From: Pseudobacteriovorax sp.
GTDB lineage: Bacteria; Bdellovibrionota_B; Oligoflexia; Oligoflexales; Oligoflexaceae
Length of the DNA: 18,608 nucleotides
NCBI GenBank assembly: GCA_050293845.1
Contig: JBNKNM010000103.1
Span: forward strand, 1-18,608
Reading direction: 5' to 3'
Positions within the stretch are counted from its first letter, which is position 1. Every line of letters begins with the position of its first letter. The notes below the pieces were generated by a model. The model worked only from the letters and a program-made list of their open reading frames with translations. It ran no database searches and had not been told where the DNA came from. Shown in pieces: positions 1 to 7,971 of the stretch. The position numbers were made by a program, and so were the translations under genes.

Positions 1-783
1 AGTGGATACTATAGCTGGCTCCGCAATGGCGGCTATTTGACAAAACCAGAGATGCTGCTGCTTACAGAGCGCATCACAAAACTTTTTAATCATAGTCGCA
101 AACGATTTGGAAGCCCGAGAGTGTATCAGAGCTTGAAGTCAGAAGGCGTTAAAGTTTGTAAGACCACCGTGGAGAAGATTATGAAGAAACATGGACTCGT
201 AGCGAGGAAAAGAAAGCGCTACATTTCAACAACGGAGTCAAACCACGGCAACGTGGTGGCTCCCAATATCCTGAATAGAAATTTCAAGGCATCGAGACCC
301 GGAGAAGTCCTCCTAAGTGACATCACATACATCCCTATGCCGCAAGATCAATTCATCTATTTGTGCGTTGTGATGGACCTAGCAAGTCGTCAAATAGTGG
401 GCTGGATGTTGTCAGAGCGCATCGATACAGATCTGGTATCTGAAAGCTTTAAAATCGCTATCAACACTCTCGGAACTGACGTCGAAGGCGGTATCTTTCA
501 TAGCGATCAAGGGTCTCAGTACACTGCCGATAGCTTTGTCAGGTTAGTTTCGAAGTCAAGAATGAGACAGAGTATGAGTCGACGGGGTCAATGCTGGGAT
601 AATGCGCCAATGGAAAGCTTTTTTAGCAGCCTCAAGACCGAATTAGAAAACGTCGGACAGTTCCAAAGCTTCGACGAGGCAAAATCTTCACTTTTCGATT
701 ATATCGAGATTTTCTACAACAGGAATAGACCACATTCCGGTATCGGTGGCCAAACTCCTGCCTACTACCAGGGAGTCGCTTGA
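1..783 (+). CDS. IS3-family transposase OrfB (DDE integrase core), 5'-partial
   Basis: The frame is open from base 1 (SGYYSWLR..., typical OrfB N-terminus), so the ORF-track start at 37 is not the true start. Motifs FGSPRV, SDITYI, FHSDQGSQY and CWDNAPMESFF give the D-D-E triad. Confidence 0.96.
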   Translation, partial: SGYYSWLRNGGYLTKPEMLLLTERITKLFNHSRKRFGSPRVYQSLKSEGVKVCKTTVEKIMKKHGLVARKRKRYISTTESNHGNVVAPNILNRNFKASRPGEVLLSDITYIPMPQDQFIYLCVVMDLASRQIVGWMLSERIDTDLVSESFKIAINTLGTDVEGGIFHSDQGSQYTADSFVRLVSKSRMRQSMSRRGQCWDNAPMESFFSSLKTELENVGQFQSFDEAKSSLFDYIEIFYNRNRPHSGIGGQTPAYYQGVA

Positions 784-805
784 GATAGGGAACTAACTTA
801 ACTCA

Positions 806-831
806 GAGGACTCTTTTCGAGGGGAATCCCA
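806..831 (-). repeat. Right terminal inverted repeat of the IS3 element
   Basis: Reads TGGGATTCCCCTCGAAAAGAGTCCTC on the minus strand, with TG start and IS3-like layout. The partner IR is not visible. Confidence 0.7.
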
Positions 832-892
832 ATTTATCATAAAAAGATGACCAAATATCATAATTTTTTTGATTCGTTGAATTGTCTTTCAT
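832..892 (-). pseudogene. 5' fragment of an IS-interrupted gene, possibly a class I SAM methyltransferase
   Basis: RBS AAAGGGG precedes ATG at 892. It encodes MKDNSTNQKNYDIWSSFYDK and then runs into the IS terminus. The YDxWxxxYD pattern is common at SAM-methyltransferase N-termini. Confidence 0.55.
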
Positions 893-1331
893 GAATACCC
901 CTTTATTCGGTTCACCTATCACCGTAAGGAGCATGAATTTATAGAACCAGGATGGAGCGCAGCGCCACTGCAGAGAAAGAATAAGAATAGATTACATTTT
1001 CGTCAAGTGCTCAATGATTAAAACTCTTTAAGCTAGTTAATTGACAATTTGGCATATTAGTGAGGTAGGAGGACAGAAAAACTACCTTTTTACTCTTCCA
1101 TCAATAAGTCAATGCATGTTTTTGGGGAGCTGGAAAACTCTCAAGCTACATAAAAAAAGCGACTTACCCGAAAGGAATTTTGCAAAATTTTATATAGAAC
1201 TAGGATCAAGTTAATTTCTTGTTTCTCATGAGTATAATTGTGACTTCGGCGTATATGGATTCGCCGCTGTTACCAGCATAAATTATGAAGTAAGAGGAAT
1301 CCGATCCATTCTAAGGTAATGGAGGAATTTT

Positions 1332-1466
1332 GTGACTAATCCTAAACTCTTGACGAGTCAGCCTATAGCCAAGCATCAAGAGACTGATAGACTTGTTATG
1401 ACATTATCGTTAAACAATAAAAATCTTTACAAGGAGGCCTTACTGGCATATATAATTAGACTTTAA
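1332..1466 (+). CDS. Possible 44-aa small protein
   Basis: GGAGG at 1321-1325, GTG at 1332, open to TAA at 1464-1466 (MTNPKLLTSQPIAKHQETDRLVMTLSLNNKNLYKEALLAYIIRL). No recognisable motif. Confidence 0.3.
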   Translation: MTNPKLLTSQPIAKHQETDRLVMTLSLNNKNLYKEALLAYIIRL

Positions 1467-1541
1467 GGTTTGTCTTGGAAAGTCATGGATGACATCGCAA
1501 CTCTTAACTACCGAAATTCCATCGGCGTGCGAAAGGAACAC

Positions 1542-1565
1542 TACGCAGAGGATATTTTCTGCGTA
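1542..1565. terminator. Hairpin, likely terminator of the GFA gene (possibly bidirectional)
   Basis: TACGCAGA-N8-TCTGCGTA, 12 nt past the GFA stop, with T-rich flanks on both strands. Confidence 0.6.
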
Positions 1566-1577
1566 CTTTCATTTGAC

Positions 1578-1994
1578 CTATTTGGTAAATGCCGCCATCA
1601 CTTCGGCACCGGTCATTGTTTTTGTCTTATTAGAAAAGCTGTAATACTGGGGTTTTTCATCAATAAAGATCTGATGATCAAATTCCAGAGGCAGTTCATC
1701 AAAGATCTCTGAAGAGACAATGTACTGCTGCTTCTCTTTGAGACGGTAGAATAGATTGGAACCGCATAACTTGCAAAACCCTCGTTCTGCCCAAGAGGAA
1801 GACTCATAAAGACCGAGGTTTTCTTCGCCCTCGATCGTAACATCAGTACCACAATCCAGAGCTAAAAAGGGTCCTCCACTCCAACGCCGACAGATCCCGC
1901 AATGGCATGCCCCGAGATTTTTGTTAGTAGCCTTGGCCTCAATCGATACTTTTTCACAAAGACACTTCCCTTTGGCTGCAAATGTTTCGCTCAT
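1578..1994 (-). CDS. GFA / CENP-V family Zn-binding protein
   Basis: GxCLC...CHCxxCRR...RGFCxxCGS Cys pattern. Start reassigned to ATG at 1994 (MSETF...), preceded by GGGAGA. Confidence 0.93.
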   Translation of the reverse strand: MSETFAAKGKCLCEKVSIEAKATNKNLGACHCGICRRWSGGPFLALDCGTDVTIEGEENLGLYESSSWAERGFCKLCGSNLFYRLKEKQQYIVSSEIFDELPLEFDHQIFIDEKPQYYSFSNKTKTMTGAEVMAAFTK

Positions 1995-2271
1995 GATTTC
2001 TCCCTGTTTGACAGTGACTTCAATTTCGACCAAAGTATAGCAAAAAGGGGGCATCTTTAGCGAATACAAAATATAAACTAGAAGGGTCGTATCCTAGCAT
2101 TTTCAGGTAGGATCTTTAAAGACTTTTTAAATTTTTGCTTATTCCGGACTTCAAGAAGTGCTCATATATAATACTTCTGGAAGAGTATTATAAAAACAAA
2201 GTATTGTCTACTTATAGGTAAAAGTCAGTCCTTTAGGTGGGGGTAATTGACAATCTTGGTTATCATCAATA

Positions 2272-2802
2272 TCAGCTAGGATTTAGATCCCATATTTTCT
2301 TTAAAAATCCAGCTCTCCCGGAAAGCTCTTTGTATTGATTGTAAGATTTTGGATTTTTTTGATAGTAGCGGCAATGATATTGCTCGGCGATATAAAAGTC
2401 TTGAGCAGCTTCAATAGCCACCACAATTGGTTTGGAGAAAATTTTGCTTCCTTCCAGTTTTTGCTTTGAAATGTTGGCGAGATCTTTCTGGTAGGATCCG
2501 TGATAGAAAATTACCGGCCTATATTGAGATCCTTTATCTACAAATTGCCCACTATCAGTTGTCGGATCGATATTACGCCAAAAGATATCAAGTAATTTAT
2601 GATAGTCCTCTTCATCAGAATAGATCACCTGGACAACCTCTACATGTCCTGTTTCGCCAGAGCACACCTCCTCATAACTGGGATTTTCACTAGACCCTCC
2701 CATGTAGCCTGGTAGAACTTCAATAACCCCAGCAACTTCAGCAAATGGTTGTTCCATACACCAAAAACATCCTCCCCCAAATGTAGCCTTATATGTAGAC
2801 AC
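2272..2802 (-). CDS. msrA: Peptide-methionine (S)-S-oxide reductase MsrA
   Basis: GGCFWC active site plus GYMGG, YEEVCSGETGHVE, GQFVDKGSQYR and AEQYH motifs. GTG start with AAGGAGG RBS. Confidence 0.97.
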   Translation of the reverse strand: MSTYKATFGGGCFWCMEQPFAEVAGVIEVLPGYMGGSSENPSYEEVCSGETGHVEVVQVIYSDEEDYHKLLDIFWRNIDPTTDSGQFVDKGSQYRPVIFYHGSYQKDLANISKQKLEGSKIFSKPIVVAIEAAQDFYIAEQYHCRYYQKNPKSYNQYKELSGRAGFLKKIWDLNPS

Positions 2803-2993
2803 TGTTAACCTCCTTCGTAACTATAGAGTCCAATGATTCATGTCACAAGAAAAAATCTTATAGCTTCACATAATTCTTTCCAAGATAATTCAATAAATAT
2901 TAGAAATGAAATAATTCTATAGCTACCATTTGGAATAGTATATAAATTAGACAGGCTATCATAAATCCCATATAATCCATTCTAAACTAGGCT

Positions 2994-3359
2994 TCATTTA
3001 ACGATTATTGTTCTGGGAAGTGATGTCACACCTTGCTGCTTTGCCAGAGTCTTATCCTCATCCCAGAAGCAAGTAGCTCCTTCGCCTTTATCAGCAAGAA
3101 CAAATTGCAGAGCTTGTTGGGCGTTCGTCAAGGTGTCGAACACTGCAATGTAAATATCTTGCTTGGGGTCTGATGACTTTATTGAAGTGATGCATGATTC
3201 GCACCAAGAGGCAAAGAACACTAGTTTGCGCGCAGCTTCAACGGTGTCCTTGTCATCCTTGCTGTACTTTTTACAAGTGAGGCTGTAGCTGTAAGCCTGA
3301 GTATGTCCTATAAGAGTTACAATAAGCAATATCCCGATCTGGATGATGTTTTTCTTCAT
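2994..3359 (-). CDS. Exported thioredoxin-fold (TlpA-like) CxxC protein
   Basis: Signal peptide, FFASWCESC motif and C-terminal GVTSLPRT cis-Pro loop. ATG at 3359 overlaps the upstream TGA (ATGA coupling). Confidence 0.8.
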   Translation of the reverse strand: MKKNIIQIGILLIVTLIGHTQAYSYSLTCKKYSKDDKDTVEAARKLVFFASWCESCITSIKSSDPKQDIYIAVFDTLTNAQQALQFVLADKGEGATCFWDEDKTLAKQQGVTSLPRTIIVK

Positions 3360-4249
3360 AACCACGCTTTCATGTAGGCAAAGGTGAGAGAGTTGAAGCT
3401 AGTCGCATTCCTACCACCGGAGTTACCTTGTTGGGTAAAGTTCAAACGAAGGTTCCCCCAAGGTAAATCTAGAGTTTCTAGAGTTAAGTACCATGAGCTA
3501 CTCTCTCGCCGGGAGTTGCTGACACTTTGTCCCGCTTCCTTATTATCAGAGCTATCATTAGCAATATAGCCCATTAAGCCCTTAAGCCAACCATTGTAGA
3601 CACTTCCCATGGTCAAAATTCCAGTAAAACGTCGTCCGGGTTCTAGGCGTACTCCATTCTTACTGGTGCTATGGCTATGGGTGATGAGAGCAGTTGTACC
3701 AAATTTGATGAGCCACATACCAAACCAAACATCAGCACCCGCCGAACTTTCGCGATAACCGCTGGAAAAAACGTCAAGTAATTCCGGATCTTCAGCATTA
3801 TGCACCGAGTCATGGCCAGGCCATTTGTGGGAGGCCACCAGTTGCACTTGAGGCATCCAAGGCTCGACAAAGTTTTGCAGCATCAAATTGTACCGCAGTG
3901 TCAGTAAAGGGTCACCTAAGCCTCCCCTTCGTTTCTTTGCGCTGATATTTTCAGTGTAGGGGAGAGTCAAGCTAGCAAAAGCTTGGGATTCACCCAAGCG
4001 AGTAGCAAAAGAGGTCGTGTAGATTTGTTTGTTGGTGATTCCCGGTGTGCGGCGCACATTGCCATGCGAACCAATATCACGTAACCGGTACTGATGGCTA
4101 TAACCGATATAATATTTGTAGCTTTCATTGGGAAATAAAATAATAGGGTCGATAGCTCCGCTACCACAACTGGAACAAGCTGAGGCCGGTTGAGACCAGA
4201 CGCTCCCAACTAACAGAGTCAGGTAACACATCAGTACGAATTTGCTCAT
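3356..4249 (-). CDS. Outer-membrane beta-barrel, transporter-like (Phenol_MetA_deg-like), with N-terminal CxxC
   Basis: Signal peptide ending ASA followed directly by CSSCG. GLGD motif, amphipathic beta-strand pattern and aromatic C-terminus (YMKAWL). Confidence 0.7.
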   Translation of the reverse strand: MSKFVLMCYLTLLVGSVWSQPASACSSCGSGAIDPIILFPNESYKYYIGYSHQYRLRDIGSHGNVRRTPGITNKQIYTTSFATRLGESQAFASLTLPYTENISAKKRRGGLGDPLLTLRYNLMLQNFVEPWMPQVQLVASHKWPGHDSVHNAEDPELLDVFSSGYRESSAGADVWFGMWLIKFGTTALITHSHSTSKNGVRLEPGRRFTGILTMGSVYNGWLKGLMGYIANDSSDNKEAGQSVSNSRRESSSWYLTLETLDLPWGNLRLNFTQQGNSGGRNATSFNSLTFAYMKAWL

Positions 4250-4253
4250 GGTG

Positions 4254-4757
4254 CTACTTCACCTCTGCTATTGGTAAGTCAACTTCATCGCTTGAGCCAT
4301 CTAAGGTGAAGTTGATTCTTAAAATCCACTCTCCCGTATCGCCAGGCATTGAGAAGGCAATGCCAGAGACCATCCAGTGAGCTCCTAGTTCATCATGCTG
4401 ATGGAAGTTAAGGTTGTCTTCAAAGGAACCGTGGCCGTGGGTCATCATCCAGGGTGTGACATCTGTGACAGTCACACCCTCGACAGCTTTATCGGCTTCA
4501 TCGACAAACATGACAGAGGCTGTGTATTCATTAGCTTGACCAGCAAGCAACTCTGTTTCCTGAAAGCTAACCTTAGCATGGACTAATTGGGCCTTCGACA
4601 CAACTGACTCACCGATAGCGGCAGCATCGCTACCTCCATGGTCATGGTCATGGTTGTGGCCTTCGCTCGTAGGGTTATCACCATCGTCATCATTGCTACA
4701 GGCTGGAATAAAACTCAATGATGCTAGTACTACTAAAGGTAAAAAGTATTTCTTCAT
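4254..4757 (-). CDS. His-rich lipoprotein with YtkA/FixH-like domain (putative copper chaperone)
   Basis: Lipobox IPA-C, HNHDHDH tract, and PWMxxHGHGS plus FSMPG..W motifs typical of YtkA-like domains. Confidence 0.75.
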   Translation of the reverse strand: MKKYFLPLVVLASLSFIPACSNDDDGDNPTSEGHNHDHDHGGSDAAAIGESVVSKAQLVHAKVSFQETELLAGQANEYTASVMFVDEADKAVEGVTVTDVTPWMMTHGHGSFEDNLNFHQHDELGAHWMVSGIAFSMPGDTGEWILRINFTLDGSSDEVDLPIAEVK

Positions 4758-4790
4758 GATCTCTAATCCTAGTTGTTGTATTTATTGCTC

Positions 4791-4991
4791 AAAAAAGGCG
4801 TACTTTGGCCTCTCCCTTGGTTCCTATGGGTGATGGATGTCAGCATACAGACAACAACAACCCATCATGATTTGTAGCAGACGACAAATCACAGATACCA
4901 TAACTCCAAGGTCTATTTATTGTATATTTTCCAAATACGAACCCCATCTACGCCAGAGCGCAGGTGGTTTCCAGCAACTGACGGAGTACGC
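4791..4991 (-). promoter_or_regulatory. Predicted multibranch structured intergenic RNA ending in a U6 tract
   Basis: Nested helices: 4798-4804/4985-4991; 4815-4820/4906-4911 with 4825-4829/4898-4902; 4831-4836/4862-4867; 4868-4875/4884-4891; 4944-4953/4958-4967. A6 at 4791-4796 is U6 on the mRNA strand. Confidence 0.45.
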
Positions 4992-5018
4992 TTACTTGCT
5001 ATATTAAATTGCAATAGA

Positions 5019-5381
5019 TTAAACGAAAAGTTCTGGAGGGGGAATGGGTATTTCAGGAATAATATTTAGGAGCCAATAAAGCTTGTGAGAAGAGTTTATA
5101 AAAAACAGTTCCGCCTCGATTTTCTCAATGGATTGAACTGTTTGGGGTGGTGGTGTCACGACGAAGGCCATAAGCTCGCATTGACAATAACGCTCGTTGC
5201 TAATGCGCTTGCTGTAGCCTTGGGTGTCTCCGTCGCCTTCTTCATGGCAACTGATGCTAGCGGTTGCTATTTCAAAGTTATTTAAGCATTTAATGATGAA
5301 ATCACAACGAGGGTTAGAGCAAATAACAATACTTGCCAATAAATAGATGAAGCTAATATGTTTTACAGCCCAGCTCATCAA
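5019..5381 (-). CDS. Small exported Cys-containing protein with Pro-rich C-terminus (DUF2946/CruR/CutF-like architecture)
   Basis: Hydrophobic N-terminus, six Cys including SCH and CQC, C-terminal PEIPIPPP. First gene of a metal-handling cluster. Confidence 0.6.
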   Translation of the reverse strand: MMSWAVKHISFIYLLASIVICSNPRCDFIIKCLNNFEIATASISCHEEGDGDTQGYSKRISNERYCQCELMAFVVTPPPQTVQSIEKIEAELFFINSSHKLYWLLNIIPEIPIPPPELFV

Positions 5382-5803
5382 TCACCCTTAATTACCGTTG
5401 TTTTTAGATCGGTTCCTAACAACGTTTTCTAAAGAGTAAACTAATGCCGATAGTATATCGCAGGCTTAGCAGATTCAATAGTTTTCATAGAATTTACATA
5501 AGTTCCTTAGTAGGCGAGTTCGGGGATGGCAATAGTTCATAAGGACTATAATACTAAATCATCAAATAGTTTTTTGTGTCAAACCCACGGTTATTTCTAT
5601 ACCCGTACTTTTATGGTTGGAATCTTTCGAAAACTGATGTTTCAAGCTGTCATTCTGTTCCAGGCGCTAAATGTCACCATTATGGGTTACCCATGTCTCA
5701 TCGTTGTACTCGCTTTTACATTTCATTTACTCTGCAGTAGCGATAATTCTTCACAAATAACTTAGATTAAGTTTCCATGTGACTGAAAATAGGGGGTCGC
5801 TCT

Positions 5804-6406
5804 ATGCTGTATGCAGACTTTTTAAAAAAAGACTCGTTTTCAAAGCTTGAAATTATTGCCAACACTAAGGGAACTTTGATATCAGATCCACCCGCAGAAG
5901 GAATTGCCCGTCTTCCAGCACCACCGTTTTTGATGATTGATCGCATCACTAACATTGAAAGTAGCGGACGGCGGGGAAAAATCGTTGGGGAACAGGATAT
6001 CAATTTTGACCAATGGTTCTTTCAATGCCACTTTCAGGGTGATCCCGTCCAGCCAGGATGTCTTGGCGTTGATGCCATTTGGCAGCTTCTAGGTTTCTAC
6101 TGCGCCGTTAATGGATCAACGGGTCAGGGGCGTGCTCTAGGTTGTGGCGAAGTAGACTTTTTCGGCCAAATCCGACCATTCAACAAAGTTGTTCGCTATG
6201 AAATCGATGTGCGGCGATATTCTCAGATGCCGAGTAAAGGTGTCTCTTTAATTGTTGGGAACGGTAAGGTTTTCGTTGACGATGAACATATATATTCGGT
6301 GAAAGATGCGAAGGTCGGCACTTTTCACAATATTGCTTACGATACTTACCCCGATCCAGAATCTCCCCATGCTCGGGGAGGAGTTTTGGAAACAGGCGCT
6401 CTTTAA
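5804..6406 (+). CDS. fabA: 3-hydroxyacyl-ACP dehydratase/isomerase FabA
   Basis: LPAPPFLMIDRI, WFFQCHFQGDPVQPGCLGVDAIWQLLGF (His/Asp dyad) and GRALGCGEV. Confidence 0.93.
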   Translation: MLYADFLKKDSFSKLEIIANTKGTLISDPPAEGIARLPAPPFLMIDRITNIESSGRRGKIVGEQDINFDQWFFQCHFQGDPVQPGCLGVDAIWQLLGFYCAVNGSTGQGRALGCGEVDFFGQIRPFNKVVRYEIDVRRYSQMPSKGVSLIVGNGKVFVDDEHIYSVKDAKVGTFHNIAYDTYPDPESPHARGGVLETGAL

Positions 6407-6429
6407 CTGATTTACTGTGGAGGTATACC

Positions 6430-7701
6430 ATGAGAAGCCGTCGCGTTGTCATTACAGGAATGGGAGTCGTCTCTCCCAATGCCCATGGCTTGGATAAATT
6501 TACTGTTGCACTACGACGTCAGACGTCGGGCTTGAAGCATATTGATCAGCTCAGAGAATTAGGATTCTCATGCCAAGTAGCAGGTGTACCTGATGATTTA
6601 TCATCTAAACTGCCCGATTATCTACAAGAAGATGAATTAGTCGCCATGAATCAATCCATGATCTATGCTGCTATCGCAGCTATAGATGCATTCAAGGACT
6701 GTGGACTGAGAATTCCTGGTCGGGATGAGGATTACATCTATGAGGATACGGGCATCATTGTTGGTACTGGAATCGGTGGCGTCGATACTTTGGTGAATGA
6801 CGTTGTACCAAAAGTTGAAGCCAAGAAAATTCGCCGTATGGGGTCTACCATTGTCGAAAGAATCATGATGAGTTCTATAAGTGCTAGACTTTGTGGAATT
6901 CTTGGCACAGGTAATCAAGTCAGTTCGAATAGCGCGGCTTGCTCAACAGGTACCGAAGCTATAATTATGGGTGCCGAGAGAATCAAGTCAGGCCTTGCTA
7001 ATCGCATGCTAGTGGGTGGTTCCGAGTGTGCTTCTCCCTATGTTTGGGCGGGATTTGATGCCATGCGTGTTCTTTGTAAGAATTTCAACGATAGGCCCCA
7101 ACAGGCATCGCGTCCCATGAGTGCTAGCACAGGTGGATTTATACCTGCAGCGGGTGCTGGTATCTTGATTCTCGAAGATCGCGATACTGCCATGGCGCGG
7201 GGAGCCAGAATTTATGCTGAATTTTTGGGTGGTACCATCAACAGTGGTGGACAAAGATTTGGTGGTAGCATGACAGCACCTAGCGCTCAAGGTGTTCAAA
7301 GATGTATCAAGGCTTGTCTCCAGCAAAGCGAGCTATCCCCCCAAGAAGTAGATTATGTCAATGGGCATTTAACAGGAACTATGGCTGATCCTTTAGAAAT
7401 ACATAACTGGGCTGAAGCCCTTTGCTTTAGTGAAAAGGATCGTCCCCTCATTAACTCAACAAAATCTCTCATTGGTCACGGACTTGGTGCAGCAGGTGCT
7501 CTCGAAACCATCGCAACAGTATTGCAACTTTACAACGGCTTTGTTCATGGATCGAGCAATTGTGAAGATTTACATCCTGACATTGCTCCTTTTGCTTCCC
7601 ATATACCCCAAGAAAGTGTTGATGCTGACTTAAAGGTTGCCATGAAGGCCAGTTTTGGATTTGGTGATGTTAATAGTTGCCTTGCTCTTAGAAAGAACTA
7701 G
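6430..7701 (+). CDS. Beta-ketoacyl-ACP synthase (FabB/FabF superfamily)
   Basis: RRVVITGMG, catalytic Cys (AACSTG), His (NGHLTGT), His (KSLIGHGLGAAG) and SFGFG. GGAGG RBS. Confidence 0.95.
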   Translation: MRSRRVVITGMGVVSPNAHGLDKFTVALRRQTSGLKHIDQLRELGFSCQVAGVPDDLSSKLPDYLQEDELVAMNQSMIYAAIAAIDAFKDCGLRIPGRDEDYIYEDTGIIVGTGIGGVDTLVNDVVPKVEAKKIRRMGSTIVERIMMSSISARLCGILGTGNQVSSNSAACSTGTEAIIMGAERIKSGLANRMLVGGSECASPYVWAGFDAMRVLCKNFNDRPQQASRPMSASTGGFIPAAGAGILILEDRDTAMARGARIYAEFLGGTINSGGQRFGGSMTAPSAQGVQRCIKACLQQSELSPQEVDYVNGHLTGTMADPLEIHNWAEALCFSEKDRPLINSTKSLIGHGLGAAGALETIATVLQLYNGFVHGSSNCEDLHPDIAPFASHIPQESVDADLKVAMKASFGFGDVNSCLALRKN

Positions 7702-7751
7702 TTCAGGTTTTTTGAATTATAGGGGCAATGAAAAACCATTGAACTCATAGT

Positions 7752-7832
7752 ACCCCGTGTTTCGATTCCGACTCTCTATCGCTGGATACCGGCTAGCATT
7801 GGGATGTGCAGGAGTCATTAGAGGCACGGGGT
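7752..7832 (+). other. ~81-nt structured palindromic element (unclassified ncRNA or REP/RPE-like repeat)
   Basis: ACCCCGTG/CACGGGGT closing stem extended by G-U pairs, inner GACTC/GAGTC helix and two small apical hairpins. Confidence 0.4.
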
Positions 7833-7971
7833 GATCCATGATTTTCTCATATTTTCAAAGAGTTATGATGATTAATGAGGGCTGTACAAAAAAACAAATT
7901 TCCGGTGGGCTAACGGGTGGGCTCTATATTTCCAAAACGCCCAAAATAAGAGCTTTTAGGTATTTCTTGCT

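Larger units (their letters stand above)
1..831 (+). mobile_element. IS3-family insertion sequence, right part
   Basis: OrfB is followed by GAGGACTCTTTTCGAGGGGAATCCCA ending in CA at 830-831, matching the IS3 5'-TG...CA-3' terminus pattern. The left end is outside the window. Confidence 0.85.

Noticed and set aside
964..970. GCCACTG, a cobalamin riboswitch core word
   Set aside because: The other conserved elements (AGGGAA, GGGAAG, B12 box) are not in the required arrangement.
1470..1852. ORFs 1470-1712 (+) and 1613-1852 (-)
   Set aside because: They overlap the well-supported GFA gene and have no motifs.
2841..2847. Third TGTCACA box near msrA
   Set aside because: It points away from msrA and has no CGTA 16 nt downstream. 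The GTCACAAAAT copy near 1327-1336 (-) also lacks the -10 box.
2427..5285. Short ORFs at 2427, 3384, 3643, 3967, 4395 and 5085
   Set aside because: Shadow or alternate-frame ORFs within better-supported genes.
5700..5720. GTTGTACTCGCT as a FabR-like site upstream of fabA
   Set aside because: At best half a site, and not palindromic.
5526..6003. ORFs 5526-5765 (+) and 5767-6003 (-)
   Set aside because: No recognisable family. The first lies in the divergent promoter region and cannot be excluded but is unsupported; the second is antisense to fabA.
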